DNA of 64,000 nt from Selaginella moellendorffii (lineage: Eukaryota > Plantae > Lycopodiophyta). The notes under the pieces were generated by a model that saw only the letters and a program-made list of their open reading frames with translations, had not been told where the DNA came from and made no database searches. Both the position numbers and the translations under genes were made by a program. Positions 1-11,000 of this stretch are shown here, in pieces (within the stretch, counting starts at the first letter, position 1; the number at the start of each line of letters is the position of its first letter). The stretch lies in the NCBI RefSeq assembly GCF_000143415.4, contig NW_003314265.1, forward strand, positions 262,405 through 326,404, read 5' to 3'.

Positions 1-2077
1 ACACGCCATGGGACTCAAGTTTGGAATCCACGTTATGAGAGGGATTACTACGGTTGCTGTGGCGAACAACACACCGATTCTCGGTGCCAAGGTACGTAAT
101 CTTTTTTATCGTTCTTTTCTTTGAAGGGGGTATTGGATCGTGGTTAATGCAGGGATGGAGAGCGAAAGATATTGCTCTCACAAGCCAGCCATGTCCGTGG
201 ATGCGAGAGTGCTTTGTTAGCATCAACACGACCAGTGCTGGTGGAAAAGCATTTCTAAAATCACTTTATGATCAATATGCTTCCTGGGGAGTCGATTTCG
301 GTATGGCTTTTCCAAAGTCTTTGCTTGTGTATTCACTTTGCCTTGTCAGTGAAACATGACTGTGTTTTCGGAGCTGACAACATCGATCTAGAGGAGATTC
401 AAGCCGTGTCAGAGGTAAGTGTCTTGCATTTGTTGGATCCACGGATGGAAGGTTATGGATCTTTCATAGGCCATCACAAACACTGGACGACCAATCGTAT
501 ACTCTTTGTCTCCTGGAGTGCAAGCCACTCCCAGCTTGGCTTCATCAGTAAGCGGTATCGTTAACATGTACCGGATCACTGGCGACGACTGGGACAGATG
601 GGGTGATGTAGCTGCTCATTTTGACGTTGCAAAGTACAAACTTCTAAGCTCTCTCTAGTTATTTCACAACGTGTCGTGGTTAATGCTCTAGGAGTTTTGC
701 CGCTGCTGGTTTGATTGGAGCACCCGGCTTGGGAGGGGGGAAGTCTTGGCCTGACTTGGACATGCTTCCGTTAGGCTGGCTCACTGATGGAGGTAAAGAG
801 TTGAGCATATAGTTAGTTTCAAAGTTCTTCAATTTTTTTTTTTCTCAGGTGCACCTTATGGGCCATATCGTTCTTGTAGGCTATCTTTCGATGAGCAAAA
901 AACACAAGTAACTCGTACATTGAGTTCCTTGTTACTTATGAAGCTCCTCCTTTTCTTGCTGTCAGCTTACGCTCTGGGCAATGGCAAAATCTCCCTTGAT
1001 GTATGGTGGTGACCTGCGAAATATCGACCAAGCTACTTATGCCATGATCACAAACCCGACTATTCTAGAAATAAACACCCACAGTACTGAGAATACAGAG
1101 GTAAGCTTCTGTAAATATGTGCCACCGACCGTTGCATTATTGATTTCCATAGTATTACGCTGGAACACTACCGGGCACTGAGGATGTCCCACTGCTAACT
1201 TTGGTTAGCTGCGATGAATCGAGCAGTAAGACACACTGGACGTTGGAAAAGAAACAAAACGCAAGAATTTGCTGGAATGCTTCAAGAACAACATCATCTC
1301 GATCATCGGTGCTCTCGGGGTGTTTCAACTGGACCTCCTTAAGTGATTCATCACTCTCGTAAGCATGGATGAATACGCAATGGTTTCGTCTAACTTTGGC
1401 TCTTAGTGACACTGAATCCAAAGGTGCTATTCGGCTGTGGACCTCCGACTTTGGTGAGCTTTGCATGGACTCGCAGCCAAACCTTCCATCTAGCATTGGA
1501 ATGTTTGCAAGCAAGCGTTTCTCGTTTTGCTCCATGGAGAATAGTCAGGTAAGTCGAGGCTTTGCTCTCTTGCATGTGAGCGTAGATTCACAAGCTCTTG
1601 TAGGCTTGGCAACTGTTGCCAAATGGCAAACTATTGAGCCCAAGCACTGGGTTTTGTGCGGAGGTTAAGGAAGTGGCACCAATTCGTATATGGCTCGCGC
1701 GCGGCTTGAAAGGTACTTGAATACTTCTCGTGGTGGTGTTAATTAGTTGAGACGTCTCTTCAGGCCAGTACTACGTTGCATTTTTTAATCTCGGCCAAAA
1801 CTCCACGACTGTGACTTATAGCTTGGCGGGCCTCCAACAACGTCAACCCGGATTAAAGCTCGCAACGACGAGAGCTCGAGGAGCACAAGATCCGGAGGCA
1901 CCAAAAACCCAACCAGGCCTGGACGCGGACGACTCTAGCACCCAATGCACTGGGGAGGAAGTTTGGAGCAGGACCGAGCTAGACAAAGTGGAGAGTTTGT
2001 CGGCGCTGGTGCCCTCTCACGGCTGTGCATTGTTTTCTCTCATCTGTAGCGCCAGTGGGGGAAAAAATCTGGCTTAG
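1..2077 (+). CDS. Glycoside hydrolase family 27 alpha-galactosidase/melibiase-like protein (multi-exon, 5' end outside window)
   Basis: Spliced exons give HAMGLKFGIHVMRGI, YASWGVDF|VKHDCVFG, NMYRITGDDWDRW, SWPDLDMLPLGWL and LWAMAKSPLMYGGDL (GH27 motifs). Last exon YYVAFFNLG...VPSHGCALF ends at TAG 2077. Confidence 0.9.
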
Positions 2078-2195
2078 ATCGTGCACAAAAAGAGGGAGAA
2101 TGGAACAACTTGAAATCCAGCATATTCACGAATATTATGGTTCTGTAGAACTATCCGGTAGCGGAATATCCTAGAGACTGCTGACTTGCCAGAAC

Positions 2196-2543
2196 CCCAT
2201 TCATTCTAAACCACGATAGAGGTCAACGAAAAACATGATCTCATCAAGCTTAACCAAACGACATAACAGAGCACGAATAGTTCCTTGCTACTGTCTCCAA
2301 AAGGAACAATTGATTAAGTTAATCACGAGTTCCTGCTTAGAACTTCCAAGGACAAAATGCAATGGAACTCGTCGGTGTGTTGCACGAACTCTATAGAGAG
2401 CGGGATAAAGACAAAAGGCGATCGATCTCGAGAACAAAGTTGATGACGTGAGTGTCGAGAGACAAAGTCACGAAAAGAACTGGGAGAATAATGTGCTCCC
2501 GTGAATGTGCTTCTCTTCCGCCGAGAGAATGAAGCACTTCAGG
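2196..2543 (-). pseudogene. Degenerate direct copy of 2705-3115 (LBD 3'UTR, last exon, part of intron)
   Basis: Shared blocks include cccattcattc, ttcctgcttagaacttccaaggacaa, gatctcgagaacaaagtt and gagagaat(g/a)aagcactt, with many short indels. Confidence 0.9.
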
Positions 2544-2694
2544 GAGTGGTGCAAAGGCCAGTTGGCCAAACGCATGTTTCAGAAGCAAGAAACTGCCACC
2601 TGAAGTTTCAGCCGTGAATATTGAGGCAATCAAACCACCACCACCAAAGCCTGCAGAGACGACAGCGGTTTTGGACACAGTTGAGACGGTGTCT
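2543..2694 (+). pseudogene. Degenerate copy of coding exon segment 10172-10349 of the downstream mitoribosome-protein gene
   Basis: ggagtggtgcaaaggcca...aagaaactgccacctgaagtt...accaccaccaaagcctg...acggtgtct is colinear with 10172-10349 apart from several short deletions. Confidence 0.9.
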
Positions 2695-2818
2695 TGCTTC
2701 TGAGCCCATTCATTCGAATCCACGTCCATAGAGATCATTGGCAAACAAACAAAACACGATCTCATCAACCATAACCAAACCCCGAACCAAAGGACGACGC
2801 CTTAACCAAAAACACGAC

Positions 2819-4174
2819 TCAGTGCTGGCGCTGCTGATGCTCCTGCTGTTCCTGCTGCTGTCTAGCCAAAAGCAACAAAGCACTAAGTTAATCACTCGCA
2901 ACATTGATCTTTCCTGCTTAGAACTTCCAAGGACAAGATGCAATGGAACGGTGATTTGCATGAACTCGTGAAACAGGATAGAGACAAACGGCGACCGATC
3001 TCGAGAACAAAGTTCATGACGTGAGTGAGTCGAGAGACAACAGATTCAGAAAATGAACTGGAGATTAATGAAATGTGTTCTCATATCCGCAGAGAGAATA
3101 AAGCACTTATCAGAGGGATTAGAAAGCGATGATACAACAACAATAGAGAACAAAAATGAGAGACAAAATGGGACAAATGCAGAAAACAATGCGGGAAGTT
3201 AGCGTCACATGTTCTCTCACTCTCAGGTTAGTACGAAACGAAATATCTCATCACACGTAGCAAATGTACCTGTGCTCGCCGTTAGCCGGCTGAAAAAAGT
3301 TGCCACCGAACTCCTGCTCGAGCTGCTGTTCCTCCGGATCAAGCCGCTCCTGCTTCACCGGCGGAGCCTCCTCAGCCTGGTGCTGGACAAAATCCATGGG
3401 CAGAAACCCCGGCTGGAAAAGAAGCAGTGGGGGCTGTTCGGGAGGAGCCAAAGACGAGTCCATGACGTTTAGAGGGGGGCCGTGGTCGCCGAGCAGCTGC
3501 GAATGAGGGTGGTGAGGGACAACGTGCATTTGAGGCTGGTGCACGACGTGAGGCTGCTGCTGTTGCGGAGGATCAAACACAAAAAACTGCTGCTCCTGCT
3601 GCTGGTGCTGCTGCTGGTGCTGCTGCTGGTGCTGCTGCTGATGTTCCTGATGTTGCTGGTGGAGCTGAGACACAAGGAAGCTAAGTTGCTCCTTTGCGAC
3701 GACTAGCTCCTCCTGGAGCTTTGCGACCTCTTCGCGGAGGGTGGTGATGATGCCGGCGGAGCCGTAGACGGGGTCGCGCTGGCGGGCGTCGGCCTCCAAA
3801 ATGAGCGACTTGATAGTGTCGTCCTTTTGCGCCGGCTGGACTCCTTCCGTGAGGATGCGCACCATGTTGCTCACGCCAAACAGCCGCTTGCAGCTCATGA
3901 AGCACGCCGTGTTTTCAACTGGGAAGTATGGCGCCAGTACGCACTCTGGGGAGCAGCGCCGGCGCTGGAACTTGCACGCCGCGCACGCCGTCGCGCCTCC
4001 GCCTGACGATCCTGATCCTCCCGCGGCTGCTCCTCCAGCTTTTGCGCCTCCAGCTCCAGCTCCTCCATCTCTTCCGGCTCCTCCGCCGCCGCCGGCGGCC
4101 GCTGCAGTGATGTTGGTGCTGCTCTCCATTGACAGCGTTTTCCCAGTCGCCTTCTCACGATGGCCGCCTCTCAT
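2819..4174 (-). CDS. LBD: Class I LOB-domain (LBD/ASL) transcription factor, two exons (4174-3270, 2861-2819)
   Basis: CAACKFQRRRCSPEC C-block, FGVSN, RDPVYG GAS block, leucine zipper and poly-Q tract. A GT donor at 3269 and AG acceptor at 2862 add an in-frame exon RQQQEQQEHQQRQH*. The start could be 4129 instead. Confidence 0.92.
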
Positions 4175-4652
4175 TATCTCCCAAATATCTCACCGGAAAC
4201 ACGCGAGAAAGCGGAAGGTGAGCGATCGCGAGAAAACTTGGAAACAAAGATGAGGAAAACGGAGAAACGATCGCAAGCAAGCGATCGATCGGGAGCGATG
4301 GATCGGCAGTGAGCGCGAGTATAGCTTGCCGCGCTTTGGTCGCCTCGCGACCTAAAATTCCAAACAAGCAGGGGCGGTGACGAAAGAGAAAACAATAAAA
4401 ACAATGGAGTGACGTGGAGGACACCTGTGCAACAAATGCAGCAGCGCAACGTGGCATTTTCTATTTCGATTCTTCTGTGAATAGTGAAGTTTGACGGGGG
4501 ATAAGACCCTCCATCGTGAGTCACTGGCAGACAACTTTCCTTAAACATCTCTCTCTTTTTCAGTGACGATTTATTCTTCTTTTTACCTTTCGCTTGCGCG
4601 CCATTCACCTCGACTCTCTTGGCCAACCGCGAAAACACGAATTCGCTTTTAA

Positions 4653-5439
4653 GAGATCTCAGCCCGCGCCTGGAAGATCAAATGTACGCATCGATTTCTA
4701 GAGCTTCGATTGCCTCGACGATGATCGGCCCGTGATGTATTTCTGCATGGCCTGGAAGTTCATTTTGGAGTAGTTTCTCTCCTGAAAGTTATGATGGCTC
4801 ACAAAAAACTGAAGCCGAGCGAACCTTTTCGAGCGAGGTTGTAATCCCGTCGTTGATCATCGCCTTGTAGAGGAGCACCATTCTCCCGTCGTTCTTATGG
4901 AGAAACCACCCGGTTGACGAGCCCCCATCGCTCGGCGGTCGATCGCGGGTTCTGTTGGCACCCACTGGCCAGCTTTTGTGAGAGCCCGCAAGATGGAAAG
5001 ATTCTAAACCTGAAATGTATACGAAAAGAAAAACACAAGGAGAGGAACACAAAACCATGAGAGAAGACTTTGGTCTTGGTTTCATGTTTTTTGATGTTTG
5101 ACTTGAAAAAAGTCATGCAAAGAAACCAAGGCCAAAGTCTTTTCTTATGGTTTTGAAGAAACCACACAAACAAAGAGATGCACTAAGAATTATAAGGAAA
5201 TGATCAGAAGCAAGCTAAGAAAGATCTCACAAGCTAGCAAAAGACGAATGAAACATACCACCCCAGAGCAAAATGCCCTTTCAGTTGATCCCGTGATTAT
5301 CCCAACCCAGCGGCGTTGAGCGCCTTGGGCCGTTCGTGAATTAAGGCGTCACTCCCCTGCTGCTACTGGCGTTGATCGATCGACCGACCCATTTAGAATG
5401 CTACCTTCTTACGCTAAGCTTCTTTGCGGCTCCCTCTCC
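4653..5439 (-). pseudogene. Deletion-riddled near-full-length copy of the enoyl-CoA hydratase gene (introns and 5'UTR retained, exon 2 missing)
   Basis: Colinear with 6538-7930: gatcaaatgtacgca, ctagagcttcgattgcctcgacgatgatcggcccgtgatgtatttctgcatggcctggaag, gaatgaaacataccaccccagagca, ctttgcggctccctctc. About 790 bp versus about 1390 bp. Confidence 0.92.
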
Positions 5440-5469
5440 CACGTGAGTCGTTATTCGATTCACACGGCC

Positions 5470-5910
5470 TGAAAGATCAAATGTACGCACGATTCCTTCA
5501 AGTTCTAGAGCTTCGATTATGATCGGCTCGTGATGTATTTCTGCATGGCTTAGAATCCTCAAAGTTAAGAAAAATTTGGATTTGGCTTCAAACTTTAGAA
5601 AAGCCACGCGAACCTTTTCGAGCTCGAGCTCGAGTGAGGTTGATCCCGTTGTTGATCATCGCCTTGTAGAGGAGCACCATTCTATTGTCGTTCTTGGCAA
5701 TCACTTCCACCACAGCTCCATAAGCGCAGACGGAGAAACCACCCAGTTGACGAGCCCGAGTGCTCGGTGGTCTAGGCCTCCTGGCCAGCGTTTGTGCCAA
5801 AAGATAGAATGATTCCATATAGGCTGTGCAAGAAGTTTTCAAAGGCACTCACATGAAGAAACTGATGTCAAAAGACAAACCAGCTAACTGGAGAAACTGA
5901 TAATTGGTGC
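5470..5910 (-). pseudogene. Second degenerate enoyl-CoA hydratase copy, with an exon-2 fragment inverted (5822-5910)
   Basis: 5470-5815 is colinear with 6548-7025. 5822-5910 (gctgtgcaagaagttttcaaagg..tgatgtcaaaagacaa..gaaactgataattggtgc) matches the sense strand of exon 2, so it lies in the opposite orientation. Confidence 0.85.
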
Positions 5911-6067
5911 TAAAAAAAACAGTGAAGGTTGTATTTAAACCTTACTTTATAATCTTATAAAATTAAAAATAATTCAAATTTTTCTTCTTAATATAAGCTC
6001 AAATAGTAATATTTTAAAGTATTTATGAGTATGATTTTAAATATAAACTTCTTTTATGAGAAGGTTT

Positions 6068-6410
6068 TTGGTTTGCTTAAGCAAACCTATAGGGGGACTG
6101 GGATGGTAGTGGATATACCTAGAATATACTTGGATATTCTAGGATATTCTACCATCTAACGGTTGTTATTCATTTAGATTAATCTTGTATTTATAATTTA
6201 TAAACATGTTTATAATTTATAAACTTCCTTAAACCTTTTCTAGTATATTCTTTTTTATTCTACCATCTTGATATGCAATAAAATTAATCTTGTATATATA
6301 AATTACAAACATGCTTATAATTATAAACTTTATTTGATCAATTGGATTAATATGTAATAATAACACTAGTATTAAGCAAACCAAGCGTTGCTACATGCAA
6401 CGCGTAGCAA
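6068..6410. mobile_element. AT-rich non-autonomous element (MITE- or Helitron-like)
   Basis: 13-bp inverted repeats ttggtttgcttaa (6068-6080) / ttaagcaaaccaa (6372-6384); internal duplication 6178-6226 vs 6282-6330; ACTAGT at 6365-6370 next to hairpin gcgttgc-tacat-gcaacgc (6385-6403); homologous copies at 23706-23892 and 54108-54262. Confidence 0.6.
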
Positions 6411-6579
6411 TTTTTTTAACAGCTATAAACATAAATTATAATTATCAACTATAACTGCGGGCTTTGGGTTATCACTCATGGTCCTCAAAGAGACATATAG
6501 TGAGTGTTAACTCCATTGCGTTTCCTTCCCTTATAAAAGATCTCCGCAAGATCAAATGTACGCACAATTCTTTTGATTT

Positions 6580-7854
6580 CTAGAGCTTCGATTGCCTCGA
6601 CGATGATCGGCCCGTGATGTATTTCTGCATGGCCTGGAAGTGATCTGGCTTCATTTTGGAGTAGTAGTCATGAGCTCTCTCCTGAAAGTTAAGAACAATT
6701 GGATTTGGCTCGACAAAAGCTTTCGAACTTTAAAAGCTGAGCGAACCTTTTCAAGCTCAAGCGCATTTCCCAGAGCGAGGTTGACCCCGTCATTTATCAT
6801 CGCCTTGTAAAGGAGCACCATTTTCTCATCATTCCTGGCAATCGCTTCTGCCACAGCTCGTGCCGTCTCCATAAGCTCAGATGGAGAAACCACCCGGTTG
6901 ACAAGCCCCCAACGCTCGGCGGTTGAGGCCTCCAATGGCAAAGCCGTGAGTGACACCTCACGGGCTCGGTTGACACCAATTAGACGGGCCAGCTTTTGCG
7001 AGAGCCCCCAAGATGGAAAGATTCCAAACCTGAAATCAATACACGAATTATCAAAAAAGAAGAAGAAGAAGCAATTGAGTTAACACTCACTTGCTGTGTG
7101 TGTCGATGAATTTGGCATTGCTGCTCGCAAAGAGGATATCACATGCGAGTGATAGCTCAAAGCCTGCAGTTATAGCCAGCCCATTGATGGCGCCAATGAT
7201 CGGTTTCTTGCATCGCTCCATCTGTGCAACGGGATCAGCTGACTTGTCTTTGACATCACCTTTAAAAACTTCCTGTGCAGCTGTTAAATCCTGTATCAAC
7301 TAGCTTTCGTTAGAATTCTCTGTAAGCGTAGAAGAGCAAAGGACTAAAAAATCTCTAAAGCTATCCCTCCAAATATAAAAACAATGAAAAAAAGACGTTT
7401 GGTATTCGTTTCTATGCTTTCTTTCAGTTCATCAAGAGAAAAAACACAAAAGACCAAATGCGGTTTTTTCAAGAAACCACACGCAAACAAAAAAAGAAAA
7501 AAAAGAAAGAAACAAAGAGATCCTTTCGGATAGAAAATCTCAGACACCAAGAATTCTAAGGAAATTATCAAGAGTCAAGCTAAGAAAAATCTCTCAAGCT
7601 AGCAAACGATGAATGAAACATACCACCCCAGAGCAGAATGCCCTCCCGGACCCCGTGATTATAATCACTTTGACCTCTGGATCGCTATCCAGCTGCTTGA
7701 AGATCCCGGCCAGGCTCGTCAGCATTGGCTTGGTGAGGGCGTTGAGCGCCTTGGGCCGATTGAGCGTGATCGTGGCGATCCCGCTCCTTTTCTCCACGAG
7801 AATTAGGGCCTCACTGCCCTGCTTCTGCTGGCGTTGATCGATCGGCCGATCCAT
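6580..7854 (-). CDS. Peroxisomal enoyl-CoA hydratase/isomerase (ECHIA-like), 4 exons
   Basis: ITLNRPKALNAL, GRAFCSGVDL, KPIIGAINGLAITAGFELSLACD and AERWGLVNRVV. The last exon ends ...GRSSSRQSKL*, a PTS1 signal (SKL). Confidence 0.95.
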
Positions 7855-8049
7855 TGGTTCGAGACTAGAATGCTACCTGCTTACCCTAAGATCCAGCTAT
7901 TTCTTCTCCTTCTCTTTGCGGCTCCCTCTCACTCATTCGCTGAATGGAAATGACGCACCGCCAAAGCAGCCAAATGGCTGCTCTTGTGGCCTGGTGCTCA
8001 CTGGAATCGAACCAGAGAACTCGAAGAAGGAATATGCCCCCAAGAATTA

Positions 8050-8058
8050 TTAGGGTTT
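8050..8058. promoter_or_regulatory. Telobox (TTAGGGTTT) in the 228-bp divergent promoter between ECH and the mitoribosome-protein gene
   Basis: Exact AAACCCTAA reverse complement 25 nt before ATG 8083. Similar boxes at 37428-37436, 42293-42301, 50640-50648 and 54290-54298, each close to a start codon. Confidence 0.6.
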
Positions 8059-8082
8059 TAGCTCTCGATGTAGGAAGGAAGA

Positions 8083-11000
8083 ATGCGAGGCGCATTGGAT
8101 CGGCGCGTTCTTCTCAAGGTACGCTGCTACTGCACTAGTCCCGGGCGAGGAAGAGGAAGAGCCGCCGCGGCTCCACCGTCCAAGCAATCGCCGCTACCGG
8201 CAGCCCCGGCACCAAAATCCGCGTCGTCGTCTCCCGGTGTAGGTCACGGCAGTGGAATCGCAGCTCCAGCTACAACTCCTGTGTCGAGCTCCGGGCGAGG
8301 CAGGGGTGAATCCCCGATCGCAGCTGCTAGAAATGCCACAGGGCAAGCACTACAAGCAAATGTGGCTACATCCAGTCCAGCTGCGGCGATTCCACAGGCC
8401 AAAGCTACGGCAGTGAAGGCAGCGAAGGCCGCGAAGGCCGCGATTCCAGCACCAGTCAGCAACATCACTGGTGTTGTGACGAGCGGCCAATCTCCACCTT
8501 CGCAGGTAAGAATTCCATTTGTAGTGTAAGAACTACCGTTATAACTTGTTTTCTGTGCGTTTTTCTCTTCTTTTTCTTGAGCAGGCACCTGCGGATCCTT
8601 CTTCGGAGGTATGCCCGTTAGTTTGCACGAGAAACTTGGCTCATTTCTTGTTTTTCAGCAGGAGACGCCCGCGTATCCCCCGTCCAAGGTAATTGCTTTC
8701 ACCTAAGAGCCTGAATTTTGATGTTGATAAGTTTTTTTGCGCAGAAACCTACAAGCCGTCTTGAGGCTTCGGAAGCTTTTGGTGCGTTGATCCAATCCTG
8801 CGTCAGCCGAGGACTCTACTACGAGATCGACTACGTGCATGCAGCAATGCAAGTTGCTCACATTCCTACGACCATGCAGACGTGCCAAACGCTTCTGAAC
8901 GCCTACATCCAGCTGGGAAATTCCCAGAAGATGGATAACATTTACGCGGAGATGCGGGAGATCAGGACGGGCGGGCAGCAGAAACCAGAGCCGAGCGTAC
9001 AGGAGAAAGCTCAGGCTTCAGAAACTCTTGCAGCGTTGATAAGTTCGTGGTACAGCCGGGGATTTTACCAGGAGGTAGGCATGGCTTACAGAGGGATGAA
9101 AGCCGGCCATCTGCCGGTGTCCATGCAGGCTTGTAGAGTTGTGATGGACGCCTACAATCAACTGGGAAACTACTCAGCCATGGATATGGTTTACAGTGAG
9201 ATGCGAGCACTGATGACAGCAGCAACAGAAACACCAATCGCTGCGCAGCAACCAGCAACAACAGTCTCAGCAGTCCCGGCGCAGCCAGTGACAAGACCAC
9301 CCGCAGTACCATCGCATGGTGTTGGTCACGGAACACCTCTTCAGACACCTGGGATGCAGCATCAAATTGGCCAGGCTCCTCAATACCAGCAGTCTCAACA
9401 AGCTCCAGCCACATTAAATCCACAGCAGCCTGCGGCACCGCCAACACAGCAATGGTCTCAAACGTCGGCTTACTATCCACCGAATCCATACGTCAATATG
9501 CAGCCGGTTCCTCAGGCTCCAGTCGGATATCATCCTCAAAGTCAGCCTTCGGTATATCATCCAGGATATCAACAAGCCTATCAGGGGTATCCGGGATACT
9601 ACCAGCAAGCTTATCCGGGATACCAAACGTATCCAGGATATCCACCGGGCTATCCTGGATATCAACCGGCTTATCCTCCGGGCTATCAGTATCCCCCTCC
9701 ACCTTATGCACCAGCAGCAGTCCCACCGCCGCCACCTCCACAAAATGTCGCTATTGCAAGACCACAGCAATATCCTGCTACACAAGTTGCCACTCCAGCG
9801 CCGCAAGTTCCGACATCAACTGGACAAGCTGCGCCACAAGCTGTCGGCCAAGCTCCCCGACCAAAACTCGAGCTTCAGCCAAAGGCGCTTGAGTTGCTGC
9901 AGCAGTCACCAGAGTTACTCAAAGCTGCAGGTGATAGAGCAACTCTTATGGAAGGTAAAGCTGCGGCGAGTGCAGTGCGGCCTCAAACGCAGGTTCAAGC
10001 GCAACCTCCCCAGCAGTTTTCGCAGGTACCGTATCAACAAGTACCAATGAGCGTCCACAGCCCAGCTCAGTTTACAGCAGGTGTTCCTCAAGTTAGACCG
10101 GCTGGACACGCTCAGTTCCAAGCGCCACCGCAACCAGTTCCGATATATCCTTCAGGACTCCCTTTGAGACCAGGAGTGGTGCAAAGGCCAATTGGCCAAC
10201 CACCTTCGACGCATGTTCCAGAAGCGCCATCGGCCGCCAAGAAACTGCCACCTGAAGTTCCAGCCGTGAAAATTGAGGCGTTGAAACCACCGCCACCACC
10301 ACCAAAGCCTGTAGAGACGAAGAAAGCAGCGGTTGTGGACACGGTGTCTCCAAAACCTGCACCAGCAAAGACCGATATCAAATCGCAAGTTGAGGCGAAG
10401 GTTTCAGTGGCGGCTAAGAGTAAAGATGTGGTAGCGTCAGTGCCAAAGCCTGAGAAGACTGAAGTTAAGCCGAAGACACCTGCAGCGGTGGCTGAAGAGT
10501 CTACTCCAAAGCTGAATCTCACGCCAAAGAAACCTTCAACTGTGACGGAGCCTCCTCCAAAGTTGGATCTTCAGCTGAAGAAACCTGCAGAAAAGAAGGA
10601 AGAACCTCCAAAGTTAGACCTGAAGCTGAGGAAACCTCCAACAGTGACGGAAGAGCAGGCTGCGCCTGAAACCAAAGACGAACCTGGACGTGCTAAACTG
10701 GAGCTTAAGTTGAAAAAGCCTTCGGCTGTTCCCGTAAGAATGAAGGAAGAAACCACACCTGGAGCTGTAAAAGTACAAGATGAACCAGCAGAAGCGGAAG
10801 GAAGTAGACCTGGTGTTTCAAAAGCTGCGCCGTTGAAGCTGGAAGTAAAATTGAAGAAAGAAAAAGCTGCAGAAGCTCCGACGCCCGAACCTCCAACCGT
10901 ATTACATGGACTTGGAAGAGGCAAAGTAGTGGAAGAAAAATCTTCGGACCTTCCCAAGCCACCTCCGTTGCGTCTTGATCTGAAGAAGCCGGGCTCACCG

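Noticed and set aside
3587-3660. CAG-type repeat arrays as CRISPR-like or satellite repeats
   Set aside because: Coding poly-Q/H tract in a eukaryotic gene.
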